Source of the DNA: a virus
IMG/VR virus record: IMGVR_UViG_3300033146_004128
Location: 123,665 to 187,664 of that record
Strand: one strand, 5' to 3'
DNA: 64,000 nt
Within the stretch, counting starts at the first letter, position 1, and the number at the start of each line of letters is the position of its first letter. Below, piece after piece: positions 17,801 to 26,910 of this stretch. Made by a program: the position numbers and the translations under genes. Below the pieces are notes generated by a model. The model was not told where the DNA came from. It made no database searches and saw nothing but the letters and a program-made list of their open reading frames with translations.

Positions 17801-20611
17801 TCCGTTATACCCTATGTTAAATGCAGCTGCGGCAGCTCTTATATCAACACCTGCATGCTTTAATGACTCGGCCTTGATGTGCGCCGCTTCAAAACTATCA
17901 ACGGCTCCTTTGTGTGTACCCTTCCCATACAGTAGGGCATCCGAAAGGAATCCTTTTGCCTGAGATCCAAGTTTTGACAATTTAGGGTCGGAAGCTATAA
18001 ATTTCTCTATTCCCTCTTTTTCACCATACTTAGAAGTACTTTCTTGCAATTTTCCATAGTCAATATCTTTTTCGGCATCTGCAGCTGATATGATAGCCTT
18101 CTGTGCTTTTGTTGCTGATTTTACCATTGTTGTCGTGTCTCGTATCACGTCCTCGCTTTTTGCATTTATTTTATCTCCCATTCCCCAAAAATCATAGAAC
18201 TTATTCGCCATACCATCATGCTCTCCTCTTTCTGCGCTGGCAGCTTGATACATGGAGAATACTGCTGCCTCTCGTGTTGGTTTGAACTTCTTATTGTTTA
18301 GCGTTGCTCCTGCATCCTTGAAGTCATTATCCTTTAGTGTAGAGAAGAATAGGTCCATGTTTGACACAACCTCATCATTTCCAGCCTGTATCTTTTCTGA
18401 GAATGTTTCAAAGTCAATCTTGCCAGATCTGTAGTCCGCAAACGCATTTGTGTTTTTTGTCCTGGCATTACTCTCTGCTCTTTGCATATCGTTTGAGGAC
18501 TTAGCCATAGCCGCAACCTCTTTATGATCAACAGTCGCAAAGCCAAACGCCCCGACAGCTTCCGTTAGCGCATCCCATCCAACTGCTTCAAATGCACCAA
18601 GCATTCCTTTCCCTATATCCTGTCTGTTTATTCCTGCACGTGTGCCTAGACTCTGGAGATTCTTTCTCTCGTCCTCATACTGAGTACTTAGCCCAGGTAG
18701 ATAGTTCGTGAACGATGCCTCTCTGTTTCCAGTGCCAAGCATATCTTTGTACCCATCATCACTAGCAGAATCCATTTTAGCATTTACTTTTGCGAACTCA
18801 AGGCTATTGCCTGCTATTCCGGTAGCTGCCTTTTTCCCAGCCTCTGTAACGGTTCCTACACTTACTCCATTGGATGTTAGCTTCTTTACATCCTGTAGAA
18901 GACCCTCTATAAAACCTCCAAACACTTTTCTTACTGCGGTAAGTCCTGATTCCCACTGCTTCTCAAATGATCCTGAGTCAATAGCTGCACTACGCTGCTC
19001 TAGTTTTTTTGCCTTCTCGACAGATTTCATGACACTTTCATACCCACCGTTGCCTGCTGCACTAAATATAGCCCTTGTCTTACTTGACAAAGTCATTCCT
19101 GAAGCACGGACAAGGTTTCTATCTTGTGTCACTTTAGCCATATAGCCAATTTGTGTCTTTACTGCATCCCATGAGCCAGAATCGTGAAGTGCCCTAGAGT
19201 ACCCCTCTGTCATCTTTTTCATTGCTGCAGGATCCTGCATTAGTATAGAAGCAGTTTCTGTTGTTGTAAGAGCACCGTTCTTGGAGTACGTATCTAATAG
19301 TTCTCCTAGGGTAAATTCCCCATTCTTGTGCCCTTTTTTTACTTTTTCAAATGATTTTTGTATTAGTGAGTCCTGATCTTCACTACTCATTTTCTCGAAC
19401 GCTTTTCTTCCTCCTGCTGACGTGTATGCCTCCCCTATAGCAAGAGCACCATACACATTCTCACTAGCAGCCATATTCTTACTGAATGCAAGTTGAGCCG
19501 TAGGACCAGATGCGAACGTATTATACGCCTTGTTTGCCTGGTCGATAGCTTGTATCTGCTCTTCGTTGTTACCTAGTTTTTTCTGAAGTTCAGGGTCAAG
19601 TTTTATCATATCCATCATTGTTGATTTAGACATAACAGCATCAGCCTTAGATAGCACATTTATTGGATCGTTCGCTTCAGCTTCCTGAAGAAGGTTCCCC
19701 ATTAGATTGCTGGCATCCATTCCGTACTTTCTTGCTGCACTGCCTACTGACCTTGACGCTTCCACAGCAGCTCCGTTTGACAGACCTGTTCCATTTAGTC
19801 TTCGAAGTGTATCCATTATCTCTGAGATGTCAGATCCTCCAAATATCTCAACAAGAGATTTTGCTACGCCTTTAAGGTCTTTTATCTTAGATGTTATGTC
19901 TCCGGTTCCTTGTGCTCCTGATATGTTTCCGGTCTTAATTCCCTCATCCATTATTCGTGTAATCTCCCCCACGCTGAAATATGGATCCTCCGTTGCGGAC
20001 TCTTCCATAGATGAGTACACCTTCTTGCTGTCTGATATACTATATCCGAAGTCAGCACCATATGGACTATCAGTATTTGCAAGCCCCATAAGGCTTCTAT
20101 GTGTCTCAAGTTGCCTACCAGCCCTTTGAGAATACATTTCTCCTAAGCTTCCGCCTATGCCTCCTCCGGCCATACTACCCACCATACTACCAACGAGAGC
20201 ACCAATACCAGGAATAGGTATCATCGCCTGCCCAATCATTGCTCCAAGGGCAGACCCAGCAAATCCTCCGCCTATCTCCATTCCTGTTGATGCCATTGCG
20301 GCAGTAGACCCCTCTCTAAGGTTTGCCATATGGGCTTGGAATGTTGCTCCGTGTGCTCCTGCTGGTTTTGATAGTAGGTTTGTTCTTCCCATCATGAATG
20401 AAGATGTAAAAGGGTTGTCATACATTGGAGAATAAGGAGATGACCACGTACTAGACTGTCCACCCCCATACATATTCTGCATGTTGAAGTTGCTGGATGG
20501 ATTCATGTACCCCTGTGGTCCACCAGACATCATGCCTGGATTAGCAGTAAATCCCTGCCAAGGGCTCATGTGCATATAGCCATTACTTTGTTGCATGTAC
20601 GGATCTAGCAT
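14870..20611 (-). CDS. tape-measure-like protein (1913 aa) with low-complexity C-terminal extension
   Basis: Very long A/K/G/S-rich helical ORF in the tail operon, Gly-rich hydrophobic segment near the N-terminus (GGFAGSALGAMIG...GALVGSMVG), adjacent to baseplate and chaperone genes. Confidence 0.72.
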   Translation of the reverse strand: MLDPYMQQSNGYMHMSPWQGFTANPGMMSGGPQGYMNPSSNFNMQNMYGGGQSSTWSSPYSPMYDNPFTSSFMMGRTNLLSKPAGAHGATFQAHMANLREGSTAAMASTGMEIGGGFAGSALGAMIGQAMIPIPGIGALVGSMVGSMAGGGIGGSLGEMYSQRAGRQLETHRSLMGLANTDSPYGADFGYSISDSKKVYSSMEESATEDPYFSVGEITRIMDEGIKTGNISGAQGTGDITSKIKDLKGVAKSLVEIFGGSDISEIMDTLRRLNGTGLSNGAAVEASRSVGSAARKYGMDASNLMGNLLQEAEANDPINVLSKADAVMSKSTMMDMIKLDPELQKKLGNNEEQIQAIDQANKAYNTFASGPTAQLAFSKNMAASENVYGALAIGEAYTSAGGRKAFEKMSSEDQDSLIQKSFEKVKKGHKNGEFTLGELLDTYSKNGALTTTETASILMQDPAAMKKMTEGYSRALHDSGSWDAVKTQIGYMAKVTQDRNLVRASGMTLSSKTRAIFSAAGNGGYESVMKSVEKAKKLEQRSAAIDSGSFEKQWESGLTAVRKVFGGFIEGLLQDVKKLTSNGVSVGTVTEAGKKAATGIAGNSLEFAKVNAKMDSASDDGYKDMLGTGNREASFTNYLPGLSTQYEDERKNLQSLGTRAGINRQDIGKGMLGAFEAVGWDALTEAVGAFGFATVDHKEVAAMAKSSNDMQRAESNARTKNTNAFADYRSGKIDFETFSEKIQAGNDEVVSNMDLFFSTLKDNDFKDAGATLNNKKFKPTREAAVFSMYQAASAERGEHDGMANKFYDFWGMGDKINAKSEDVIRDTTTMVKSATKAQKAIISAADAEKDIDYGKLQESTSKYGEKEGIEKFIASDPKLSKLGSQAKGFLSDALLYGKGTHKGAVDSFEAAHIKAESLKHAGVDIRAAAAAFNIGYNGNATKQEVETLGIDMTKTYEKPTYKNLMRSLHMDDQEAQDTSKAVGRTITKNADNLAVGDAMDSDYISSLYLDSMKGTKGNIAADILKDGDASVAAVKWTQLGEEDRTKIFSLAKKRAKNIHGKSNSKLADQGILNDTQDEYEKLSTEQKKMVDSLSGIKALGDISEKDFKNSTIGAVTIGLENARNRHLFGENLLSSEKQASAMGVAGLFHVGEKGKMTRMSGAEIRKKYDAIGEKKYEDMTMTERVLSRAMENITGGDKKKEAGVTGEELLTQSFADRGSSGITAKTIEDRSVNKGQNPIENILNQINSKMADLVRNTDKGKGSSTKSIAETDFTASVNKVYSLSQKIKEDSAKTMTPVSRDASDEPVVPPKRATVKKTPVAEPVASDTDKKDAIKTSDRHTTKGKKVEVDHVGNSKKNEWATMNNDKDRPTPASKPTQTVKNTSVDHQAKPPKNMGMADPKDNVPMPSGRRDMSKVGGVRKGAVLTFGGTSLDGLKDDTSDMLLRTKNALSKKGKTLLLTGGSEQNEERHKKGKAFDMSIAQFKDAKEAKKFGESIQRDLQGQYAGGVKVTAKKDRLSISFYNDKKDGGYSEEKDAYTAGGYGKGKDVRKLKMAMLGDKNDIDESGTSIGARKAEDAKRTAELAAEMKVASDKLDVAKKNAKPRGTKYESKDRVIYKGEKFTPKYIQRRSKSKRSEVDSYGIGSGEGSSGHKNVSNTEVEHNKDIRTLAKKALRASMGPSIDSKEWIKDHPNDNYEINTGDKEVIGSAESQARFISPGQMSKEKGDHFGVEIGRIKAFANAEGYYPDGTKAMGNYREAFGLPEPKDDGFGVVTGRTKAFANAEGYYPDGTKAKADYRAAFGLPPRDGGSPDADIETSEKNKKGVDSKALDGPDKARIPKHLASADFNVTPPVGEDFHINRTMNKITKDTSVMSRSRTEKGVSKDNTQSILERIAVATEAVRDALNKPGPDIKKT
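15238..15410. repeat. two perfect 50-bp direct repeats (15238-15287 and 15361-15410), 123 bp apart
   Basis: ttgcctttgtgccatctgggtaatacccctctgcattcgcaaaagcctta twice; encodes KAFANAEGYYPDGTKA. Confidence 0.95.
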
Positions 20612-20619
20612 AATGTTTC

Positions 20620-21342
20620 CTATTCTATTATATTTATAATCTTATTAGAGTCAAAAGTAAAAGCTTTTCTTAAGTATGAGTATTCTTTTCTTATTGATAC
20701 TTTTATATATGGAGGTTCAAGGTCTAAATCAACTGCCTTATCCACAAAACTGTCAGCAGGTATAATGTCGTCCACAGCAAGAGTAACCGCATCAGGAAAA
20801 TTCAATATGTAGCTTCCTGCAGATGTAGTCATTTCCCCTGTAGATTTATCAAGTGAGTTTATAGTCTCTTCCTCTGCAAAATATGTTGCCCCAAATCTTG
20901 TATTGTACAAGAACTCAAGTCTAGAGTAGAACTGCTTTGAGAACATCTTTCCATCAGTCTTTGCGCTTCCCGTAATTGTCTTATTGAACAGGACAGGTTC
21001 AAGAATGAAATGTATGAACACTATCTTTCCTTTGTGTTGATATACCGGATCAGTATTTGAAAATGGTCCAGTTATATCAACATTCTCCCATCCAGCACCA
21101 ACATTTATCTGTGTTATCCTTGTATCTATTTTAGAACCTAGTCCATCTCTAAACTCACATGTACTATCATCTATATCATGTATCATGCACGGGAGAGTCA
21201 TTGTACCACCCTTACACGATACTATATTATCCGTAACAAAAGCCTCGTGTGACCTAAGTCTTCCGCTAGCTGCAATTATATACTCATCTTCAGATAAGGC
21301 TTTATACTCGTACGGGAATAAGCAGTTATATGACTGTAACAT
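20620..21342 (-). CDS. putative tail/baseplate protein (240 aa)
   Basis: Between the baseplate-like gene and the tape measure; beta-rich. Confidence 0.5.
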   Translation of the reverse strand: MLQSYNCLFPYEYKALSEDEYIIAASGRLRSHEAFVTDNIVSCKGGTMTLPCMIHDIDDSTCEFRDGLGSKIDTRITQINVGAGWENVDITGPFSNTDPVYQHKGKIVFIHFILEPVLFNKTITGSAKTDGKMFSKQFYSRLEFLYNTRFGATYFAEEETINSLDKSTGEMTTSAGSYILNFPDAVTLAVDDIIPADSFVDKAVDLDLEPPYIKVSIRKEYSYLRKAFTFDSNKIINIIE

Positions 21343-22576
21343 CGCCGGTCTCCAAGTCTTCTATTTGTGATAGGCGTATACATGTATTATCTATGTCTAC
21401 CCACGAGAATATGGATCTTGGGCTAACTGCTAGATTGTTGTTGTATATTTTTATTCTTTTTTTAATAAGTGGGTTTATCCATAGTACGGCATCTATCCCA
21501 ACTATAGAATTCCCACTCTTCTGAAGTATTCTTGATAGTTCTGATATTTTTGATGTCCATTTGCCACCATCCATAGGGGTCTTAAGAAATGATATAACTT
21601 TAGCAATAGAGTTTTTGTTTTGTAATTGTATATCTATATCTATAGGAAGAAGCCCAAAGAATTCAATATCGTATTCAGGGTTGTCTGACTTAAGCTCGTT
21701 CTCCTTGGTTGGATCATCGTTGTAGTATTCAGTCTTCATGGTGGCAGAGATTGGACCAGTGTACTCTATCTCTATGGATCTAGTAGCGAAACCTACATAT
21801 CCTCCATCCATTGATGTACACTTTACCTGTCCTCTTACACTTTCAGGTATGTCTATGGTTTTCCATTTTCTTGCAGGAAGAACTTTCGTTTTTGTCTCGC
21901 CATCAAGAGCTGTTAGTGGCTCTCCGCTTGCTGTGATGTCTGTCTTTAAATATACATCGATAAAGTTAGTTACTCTTCCTGAATTTGAAATTATTTTATA
22001 CTTCTCTATATCGGCCATTGTTATTGGCTGATTCATTATGTCTACAACCTCTATAGTCGAAGATAAATTCTCATACATCATTGCGGCACCAAATTTGTTA
22101 CCTGTAAAGTACATTAAGTCTGGAGAGTTTCTAAACATAGTCCAAAACACCCCAGTTGCTCCGTCTATTGCATAAGGGTATTTATTAACTATATTCATCA
22201 TGTCAGAGTGTATTCGTGTGTCAGATACCGTCAGCCGGTTCTCTATAGCAGAAACTATATCATTCGATGTCATGTTTGTAGTATCTATGCCTATATCAGT
22301 AGCAAAAGATGAGAAGTACGCATCCTTTTTTGTTGGAGAAATCAAGTCATCTGAAAATATGTCGGACAAAGAGAGTGTTGATCTCTGTTCATACATAGTA
22401 TAGTAGTTTAGTAGTGTTGCATAAAATATAGGTTGAACAAAGAAGGTGTCTATTAAGTGTTGATTGATTGTGTAGTCATCAAGAGTAAATCTCTCCTGAA
22501 CAAATGTATCCACTTCGTTTCTTATTGCTCCTAACATCTCAGGAGTGAAGCGTGATTTTATTAGTTCTATATTCAT
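21326..22576 (-). CDS. putative baseplate wedge (J/gp6-like) protein (416 aa)
   Basis: N-terminal helical segment (EVDTFVQERF...LIDTFFVQP) and later TDPV-like cyclic architecture loosely resembling baseplate J; position in the tail operon. Confidence 0.4.
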   Translation of the reverse strand: MNIELIKSRFTPEMLGAIRNEVDTFVQERFTLDDYTINQHLIDTFFVQPIFYATLLNYYTMYEQRSTLSLSDIFSDDLISPTKKDAYFSSFATDIGIDTTNMTSNDIVSAIENRLTVSDTRIHSDMMNIVNKYPYAIDGATGVFWTMFRNSPDLMYFTGNKFGAAMMYENLSSTIEVVDIMNQPITMADIEKYKIISNSGRVTNFIDVYLKTDITASGEPLTALDGETKTKVLPARKWKTIDIPESVRGQVKCTSMDGGYVGFATRSIEIEYTGPISATMKTEYYNDDPTKENELKSDNPEYDIEFFGLLPIDIDIQLQNKNSIAKVISFLKTPMDGGKWTSKISELSRILQKSGNSIVGIDAVLWINPLIKKRIKIYNNNLAVSPRSIFSWVDIDNTCIRLSQIEDLETGDVTVI

Positions 22577-22605
22577 AGTGTATGCCTTTCAAGAAAAACA
22601 CAACA

Positions 22606-23778
22606 CTATGGGCGTAATGTCATGTTTTGATATTTGTTCATTGCAGGACCTACTTCAAGTGCCGTTGCTCCAGCTACTCCAAGAGTACCAACAGCACCTA
22701 ATGTAGACCCACCATTTACGAAGCCTTTTGCTCCACCGCTTACAATATTCAAAGGGTTTCCAGTTAGAGCCCCTTTTATACTTCCTGAGGCTGCACCAAA
22801 TACTCTTCCCGGTAATTTTGCTGTCCCCATTATAACACTAGAACCCTTATTCCATCCATGGGCTGCACCAGATAATGGATTTTTTCCTGTAAGTAAGCTC
22901 TTTGTTCCTTGTATTGCGGCACCACCTATTTTTCCGGGAAGCTTGGTGGCCTTATACCCAAGCTTCCCTAGTTTAAAACCCGTCCTTGCAATCCCTCCGA
23001 GGAGGCTAGTTAGAAATGCTATCTTTTCAAGGTCGTCATATGATGATGCTTCTTTAACAAGAGTCTTTGCTTCCTGGATGTCTCCCAGGGTAACAATTAT
23101 TCGTTCTGCTGCTTCTGTACGTATAGCGTCCATGTCGACAGATGCTACCTTTAGCAGGGTTGTCTCTGCATCATTTGAGACAGCTACCATCTCAGGTATT
23201 ATACTTCCCATCCCATTGTCTATAACCATTCCGATTATTGATCTAAGCTCGGATGCGTCATTTGCTATCTTTGTGAGATCTTCTATCTCTGCACCAAACA
23301 TATCATTGAGCATGGCAATAGCTCTAACCTTATCGGTCTTGAACGACTCCTCTTCTCTGTCTGCTTTCTTGTCAAGCTCTGAGTCTATGATATGCTCTGC
23401 AACTTTTCTAAATGTAGATTCTGATCCACCATTTGATGATCTGGCACTTATCGGTCTGTGAGCTCCTATTACGAACATCGAATCATCTACCATTGCTATC
23501 TTGTCTATAGTCTTTGTATTATCAGATGCTGTCTTCTCTACAGTTGGGTCTTCTACCGACCTAGTCACATGAGAGTCTTTTATCTCTGGCTCAAGAACAT
23601 TAAAGTCGATATTTCCGTCAGTATCTCTTCCTTCTAGCCTACTTAAAAAGAATTGCTTATTGACTTCCCTAGCGAGTGTCGTCTTGTGCACATCATCTAA
23701 AGAGGATGCTTCCTTGGCAAACTCCCCATACGGATCCTCCGCTGATGCTATCTGAATAGCTAGTGTTTTATAGTCCAT
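22606..23778 (-). CDS. K-x-A-rich putative internal head protein: acidic N-region plus basic Gly-rich C-module (390 aa)
   Basis: Start re-assigned to MDYK after SD aaggaa; FAKEAS, VEKTAS, IDKIAM, FRKVAE, LTKIAN, LLKVAS, LVKEAS, LEKIAF, then a G/K-rich tail. Confidence 0.7.
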   Translation of the reverse strand: MDYKTLAIQIASAEDPYGEFAKEASSLDDVHKTTLAREVNKQFFLSRLEGRDTDGNIDFNVLEPEIKDSHVTRSVEDPTVEKTASDNTKTIDKIAMVDDSMFVIGAHRPISARSSNGGSESTFRKVAEHIIDSELDKKADREEESFKTDKVRAIAMLNDMFGAEIEDLTKIANDASELRSIIGMVIDNGMGSIIPEMVAVSNDAETTLLKVASVDMDAIRTEAAERIIVTLGDIQEAKTLVKEASSYDDLEKIAFLTSLLGGIARTGFKLGKLGYKATKLPGKIGGAAIQGTKSLLTGKNPLSGAAHGWNKGSSVIMGTAKLPGRVFGAASGSIKGALTGNPLNIVSGGAKGFVNGGSTLGAVGTLGVAGATALEVGPAMNKYQNMTLRP

Positions 23779-23837
23779 TTTATATTCCTTGTTTTTTATG
23801 GCCCTCAGTCCTCCCATCCAAGATGAGAGGGTCAGGG

Positions 23838-24098
23838 TCAATAGTCCTTAGGGACCAATGGCTCTGATTCGTCCATTTTTTGCTTGCCGATATAAGCACC
23901 ACCAGCACCTACGGCTGCAGTACCTCTAACGAAAGCTCGTTGGTCTTTAGCAGCTTTTACGCTCTTCTTACCAACCTTTATATCATTTGCATTTCCCGAC
24001 TTCTTGGCAGCTTTGAGTGCCTTCTTTGCCTTCTTCACATTTTTACCTGTGAAAGACTTTGTAGCAAATCCAAGAATGCTAGCTTCTTTGTTTAACAT
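23838..24098 (-). CDS. small basic K-x-A protein (86 aa)
   Basis: MLNKEAS then a Lys/Ala-rich helix and GTAAVGAGGAYIG; SD aaggag. Confidence 0.7.
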   Translation of the reverse strand: MLNKEASILGFATKSFTGKNVKKAKKALKAAKKSGNANDIKVGKKSVKAAKDQRAFVRGTAAVGAGGAYIGKQKMDESEPLVPKDY

Positions 24099-24122
24099 GA
24101 CTGCTCCTTTGTGCAGAGGGGA

Positions 24123-25577
24123 TTACCCTCTACCTTGGAATGAAGCCATCCCGGCTGCACCAGCGCCAGCAAGACCAAGTCCACCTGCAACTGTTGCTGC
24201 TCTAGATACATTTCTGCTCTTCTTGGCAGACTGTAGTTTGCCCTTAGCTTTGCTTACAGCTTTCTTCTTACCGAAGATTTTCTTAGATGCTTTTGCAACA
24301 CCTTTTTCTGCTTCAGCTACGCCTTTTCCGCTAACGTTCTTAGCATATGTCTTAGCTCCAGACTTTACTGCTTCTTTTGCTTTACCGAATGCTTTTTTTG
24401 CCGTATCTATCTTTCCTGCTTCTTTCTCTACTTCCAACATTAGGTCTGTAAGAGATGCACCCTCGATATCTGAAAGATACTCAAACGCTTCAGCAATTTT
24501 GTCAATAGACTCTTCGTCAAGACCATCAAACTCAGATGCAACTTTATCTTGTGCTTCCTCATCTTCGGCAGATGCAAAGTTCTCAGCAAATTCGATTGCA
24601 TTAACTGCATCCAATCCTGCTTCATCTAGGAAGTCATATGCTTCCGCAACTTTGTCCCATACTTCGTCTGTAGCAGATACTTCTTCTGAAGCCTGTTTAT
24701 TAAGAGCTGCTGCTGTTCCGCCTACTGCTAGTGTACCACCGGCAATACCTGCTCCAATACGAGCATTCTTTGTATCTTTCTTAGCTTGTGCTACTGCTTC
24801 AAGTTTCTTCTTTTTACCAAAGAACCCTTTTTTAGCATTTGCTTCTGCTGCGCTTAGGTTTTTACCGGTAACATCTCCATACAATTTTTTAACTGCACCT
24901 TTTGCTTTTCCGAAACCTTCTCCGACAGCTTTCTTTGCAGCTTCCATCTTGCCTGCTTCTTTGTCAAACTCTGCCATAAGGCTTGTTAATGACTGACCTT
25001 CAATATCAGAAAGGTATTCAAAGGCTTCAGCAATCTTATCGATTGACTCTTCATCAAGTCCGTCAAAGTCAGATGCTACTTTATCTTGAGCATCTTCGTC
25101 TTCTGCGCTTGAGTACTCTTCTGCAAACTCCATAGATGTAACAGGATCTAAACCAGACTCACTAAGGTACTCGTGTGCTTCTGCAACTTTTTCCCATACT
25201 TCGTCTGTAGCAGATATGCCCATTGCTTCTTCAGCTTCTTCAGCTTGCTTGTCAAGTAGTCCAGAGATGATCTGTAGATCAAGTTCTTCAAGTCCAGCCT
25301 CTTTCACCATTTCAAGTGCATCCGCTTCTGTGAAGTCTTCTTCTCCGTAGTATCTCTCATATGCAGATACTGCCTCCAGGAAAGCACTAGGCTCCTGATC
25401 TTCAGCTACCTTGATAAGATTTTCCTGAGTATAAACATTTCCATATACGAGGTTATGCATAACTCTAGCGTCATTTTCCGATACTCCATCTGCCTCAGCC
25501 ATCTTAATTAGGCCATCTACGTTGTCGCTACCTTCGATTACACCGAGATAGTTGATTGTTAGTTCTGATAATGTCAT
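24123..25577 (-). CDS. polyprotein-like K-x-A protein with a 179-aa internal duplication (484 aa)
   Basis: Acidic spacer / cationic module repeated twice; 13 K-x-A motifs in or flanking the acidic spacers; SD aaggaa. Confidence 0.8.
   Translation of the reverse strand: MTLSELTINYLGVIEGSDNVDGLIKMAEADGVSENDARVMHNLVYGNVYTQENLIKVAEDQEPSAFLEAVSAYERYYGEEDFTEADALEMVKEAGLEELDLQIISGLLDKQAEEAEEAMGISATDEVWEKVAEAHEYLSESGLDPVTSMEFAEEYSSAEDEDAQDKVASDFDGLDEESIDKIAEAFEYLSDIEGQSLTSLMAEFDKEAGKMEAAKKAVGEGFGKAKGAVKKLYGDVTGKNLSAAEANAKKGFFGKKKKLEAVAQAKKDTKNARIGAGIAGGTLAVGGTAAALNKQASEEVSATDEVWDKVAEAYDFLDEAGLDAVNAIEFAENFASAEDEEAQDKVASEFDGLDEESIDKIAEAFEYLSDIEGASLTDLMLEVEKEAGKIDTAKKAFGKAKEAVKSGAKTYAKNVSGKGVAEAEKGVAKASKKIFGKKKAVSKAKGKLQSAKKSRNVSRAATVAGGLGLAGAGAAGMASFQGRG
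24416..25214 (-). repeat. internal tandem duplication, period 537 bp (179 aa)
   Basis: cccatacttcgtctgtagcagata present twice, 537 bp apart; SATDEVW(E/D)KVAEA...QDKVAS(D/E)FDGLDEESIDKIAEAFEYLSDIEG repeated. Confidence 0.9.
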
Positions 25578-25621
25578 GACATTATTCCTTTATTTTGGTT
25601 TTAGTTTTTGCCCACACTAGT

Positions 25622-25629
25622 ATTATAGC
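25622..25629 (-). promoter_or_regulatory. -10 promoter box GCTATAAT for the 484-aa gene operon
   Basis: Perfect TATAAT about 45 nt upstream of the ATG, T-rich upstream, no TTGACA. Confidence 0.6.
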
Positions 25630-25683
25630 GTAAAGTTTACAAAAAACAAATAATGGTAAATAGGGGGGGGATTAAGGGAGGGT

Positions 25684-25702
25684 GCAGGGGATAATCCCCT
25701 GC
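25684..25702 (-). terminator. GC-rich hairpin GCAGGGGA-TAA-TCCCCTGC after the 280-aa gene
   Basis: Perfect 8-bp stem just past the stop codon; no canonical U-tract. Confidence 0.5.
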
Positions 25703-25709
25703 GTGTAGG

Positions 25710-26552
25710 TTACGCTTCTGAAGAAGACTTCAAGTATGTGATTCTACAAGTTTTGCCATCATATTCACCAGCCGTTCCCGGCAATAGTGTCCACTCTTTA
25801 GCGTTTGTACCAGGAACGATATCAACAACATCCCAAACACCACTAGATACTTCTACTTCTGCAGTTCCACCAACAACATCTCCTACAGGAGTGTATGTAG
25901 ACGAGAACCCGTCTCCAGTAATAGCAAGTCCGCTATCAACTTTCATCTCTGTTGATTGTGCTGCTGCATCAACCAATGCTTTCAATGTCTTAACTGATTC
26001 TGCAGAGGCAGGAACAGCTGATCCACCAGTAGTCAAGTCGTCAACAATGTCAGCATACTTAACGAATGGAGTTACGTCAATGTTCTGTGCAAGGATCTGC
26101 AATAGAGCCCAACCTGAACCATCAATATAGATATATGCCGCTGCAGTACCTTCGTCATCGCCAAGAGAAGAATCTCCTGTTGTGTCGATTACGTATGCAA
26201 TCAATGAATCGTACGGGTTAGAATAGTTATCTCTCTCAGAGATATCAGAAACAACAACAGAGTCATCAACTGATGCCACATATGCCTTCAACTTATCTAC
26301 TGACCACGTTACGGTATTTCCTGTATCTGCAGTATCATCAATGATTCCGCTAACAGAACTGCTGATCGCAGAGATTTGAGATGTAAGATCTGTAACAATC
26401 TCGTTAACCGCTGCTGTAGATGCAACTGTTGAAACACTGTTCGAGTTCTCAACGTCAACCTTAGCCGCCATGATAGCTGCAATGTTAATCTTTCCTGCCA
26501 ATAATCCTGTAAGACCGTCGATGGATCCTACTCTTCTTTTTCTTAATGCCAT
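25710..26552 (-). CDS. virion fibre/decoration-like protein (280 aa)
   Basis: DDLTTGGSAVPASAESVKTLK and TWSVDKLK motifs typical of phage fibre repeats; own promoter and SD. Confidence 0.55.
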   Translation of the reverse strand: MALRKRRVGSIDGLTGLLAGKINIAAIMAAKVDVENSNSVSTVASTAAVNEIVTDLTSQISAISSSVSGIIDDTADTGNTVTWSVDKLKAYVASVDDSVVVSDISERDNYSNPYDSLIAYVIDTTGDSSLGDDEGTAAAYIYIDGSGWALLQILAQNIDVTPFVKYADIVDDLTTGGSAVPASAESVKTLKALVDAAAQSTEMKVDSGLAITGDGFSSTYTPVGDVVGGTAEVEVSSGVWDVVDIVPGTNAKEWTLLPGTAGEYDGKTCRITYLKSSSEA

Positions 26553-26588
26553 GTTTAATTCCTTATGGGTATTTTTTTGTACAATGCC

Positions 26589-26597
26589 ATTATATCA
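26589..26597 (-). promoter_or_regulatory. extended -10 promoter TG-A-TATAAT
   Basis: Perfect TGnTATAAT in the gap upstream of the 280-aa gene, preceded by a T-run. Confidence 0.65.
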
Positions 26598-26613
26598 TAA
26601 AAAAAATTCAATG

Positions 26614-26910
26614 TCAGTATGAGAATTTCAGCTTGAAGTATGCGTTTATCTTTTTTGACTCATCATTGACGAAAAACCTTCCGTATAGTACAGATGGCAC
26701 TGGAGCCATGGTGTCCGTATCAAAGGAGAACTGTATTGTTGTGCCTGTTATTGATACGGGGTTGAACGTATCAATAATGTCTTGCAACCCATCAGGATAC
26801 TTCTTTGTTCTGAATATCTCTATCTTTGCCTCTGTAGGGTTATCGGAAAGCCCGTCAACATCCACAAAGAAGTCTACTGTATTCCCGACTGTTATATCAA
26901 GTGTTTCCAT
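26614..26910 (-). CDS. BppU-N-like small baseplate/Ig-like protein (98 aa)
   Basis: LDITVGNTVDFFVDVDG...TIQFSFDTDTM pattern. Confidence 0.45.
   Translation of the reverse strand: METLDITVGNTVDFFVDVDGLSDNPTEAKIEIFRTKKYPDGLQDIIDTFNPVSITGTTIQFSFDTDTMAPVPSVLYGRFFVNDESKKINAYFKLKFSY

Noticed and set aside
22634-24996. Long + strand ORFs 22634-23461 and 24004-24996 (and similar antisense ORFs elsewhere)
   Set aside because: Shadow frames of Ala/Lys/Gly-biased - strand genes; no SDs or motifs
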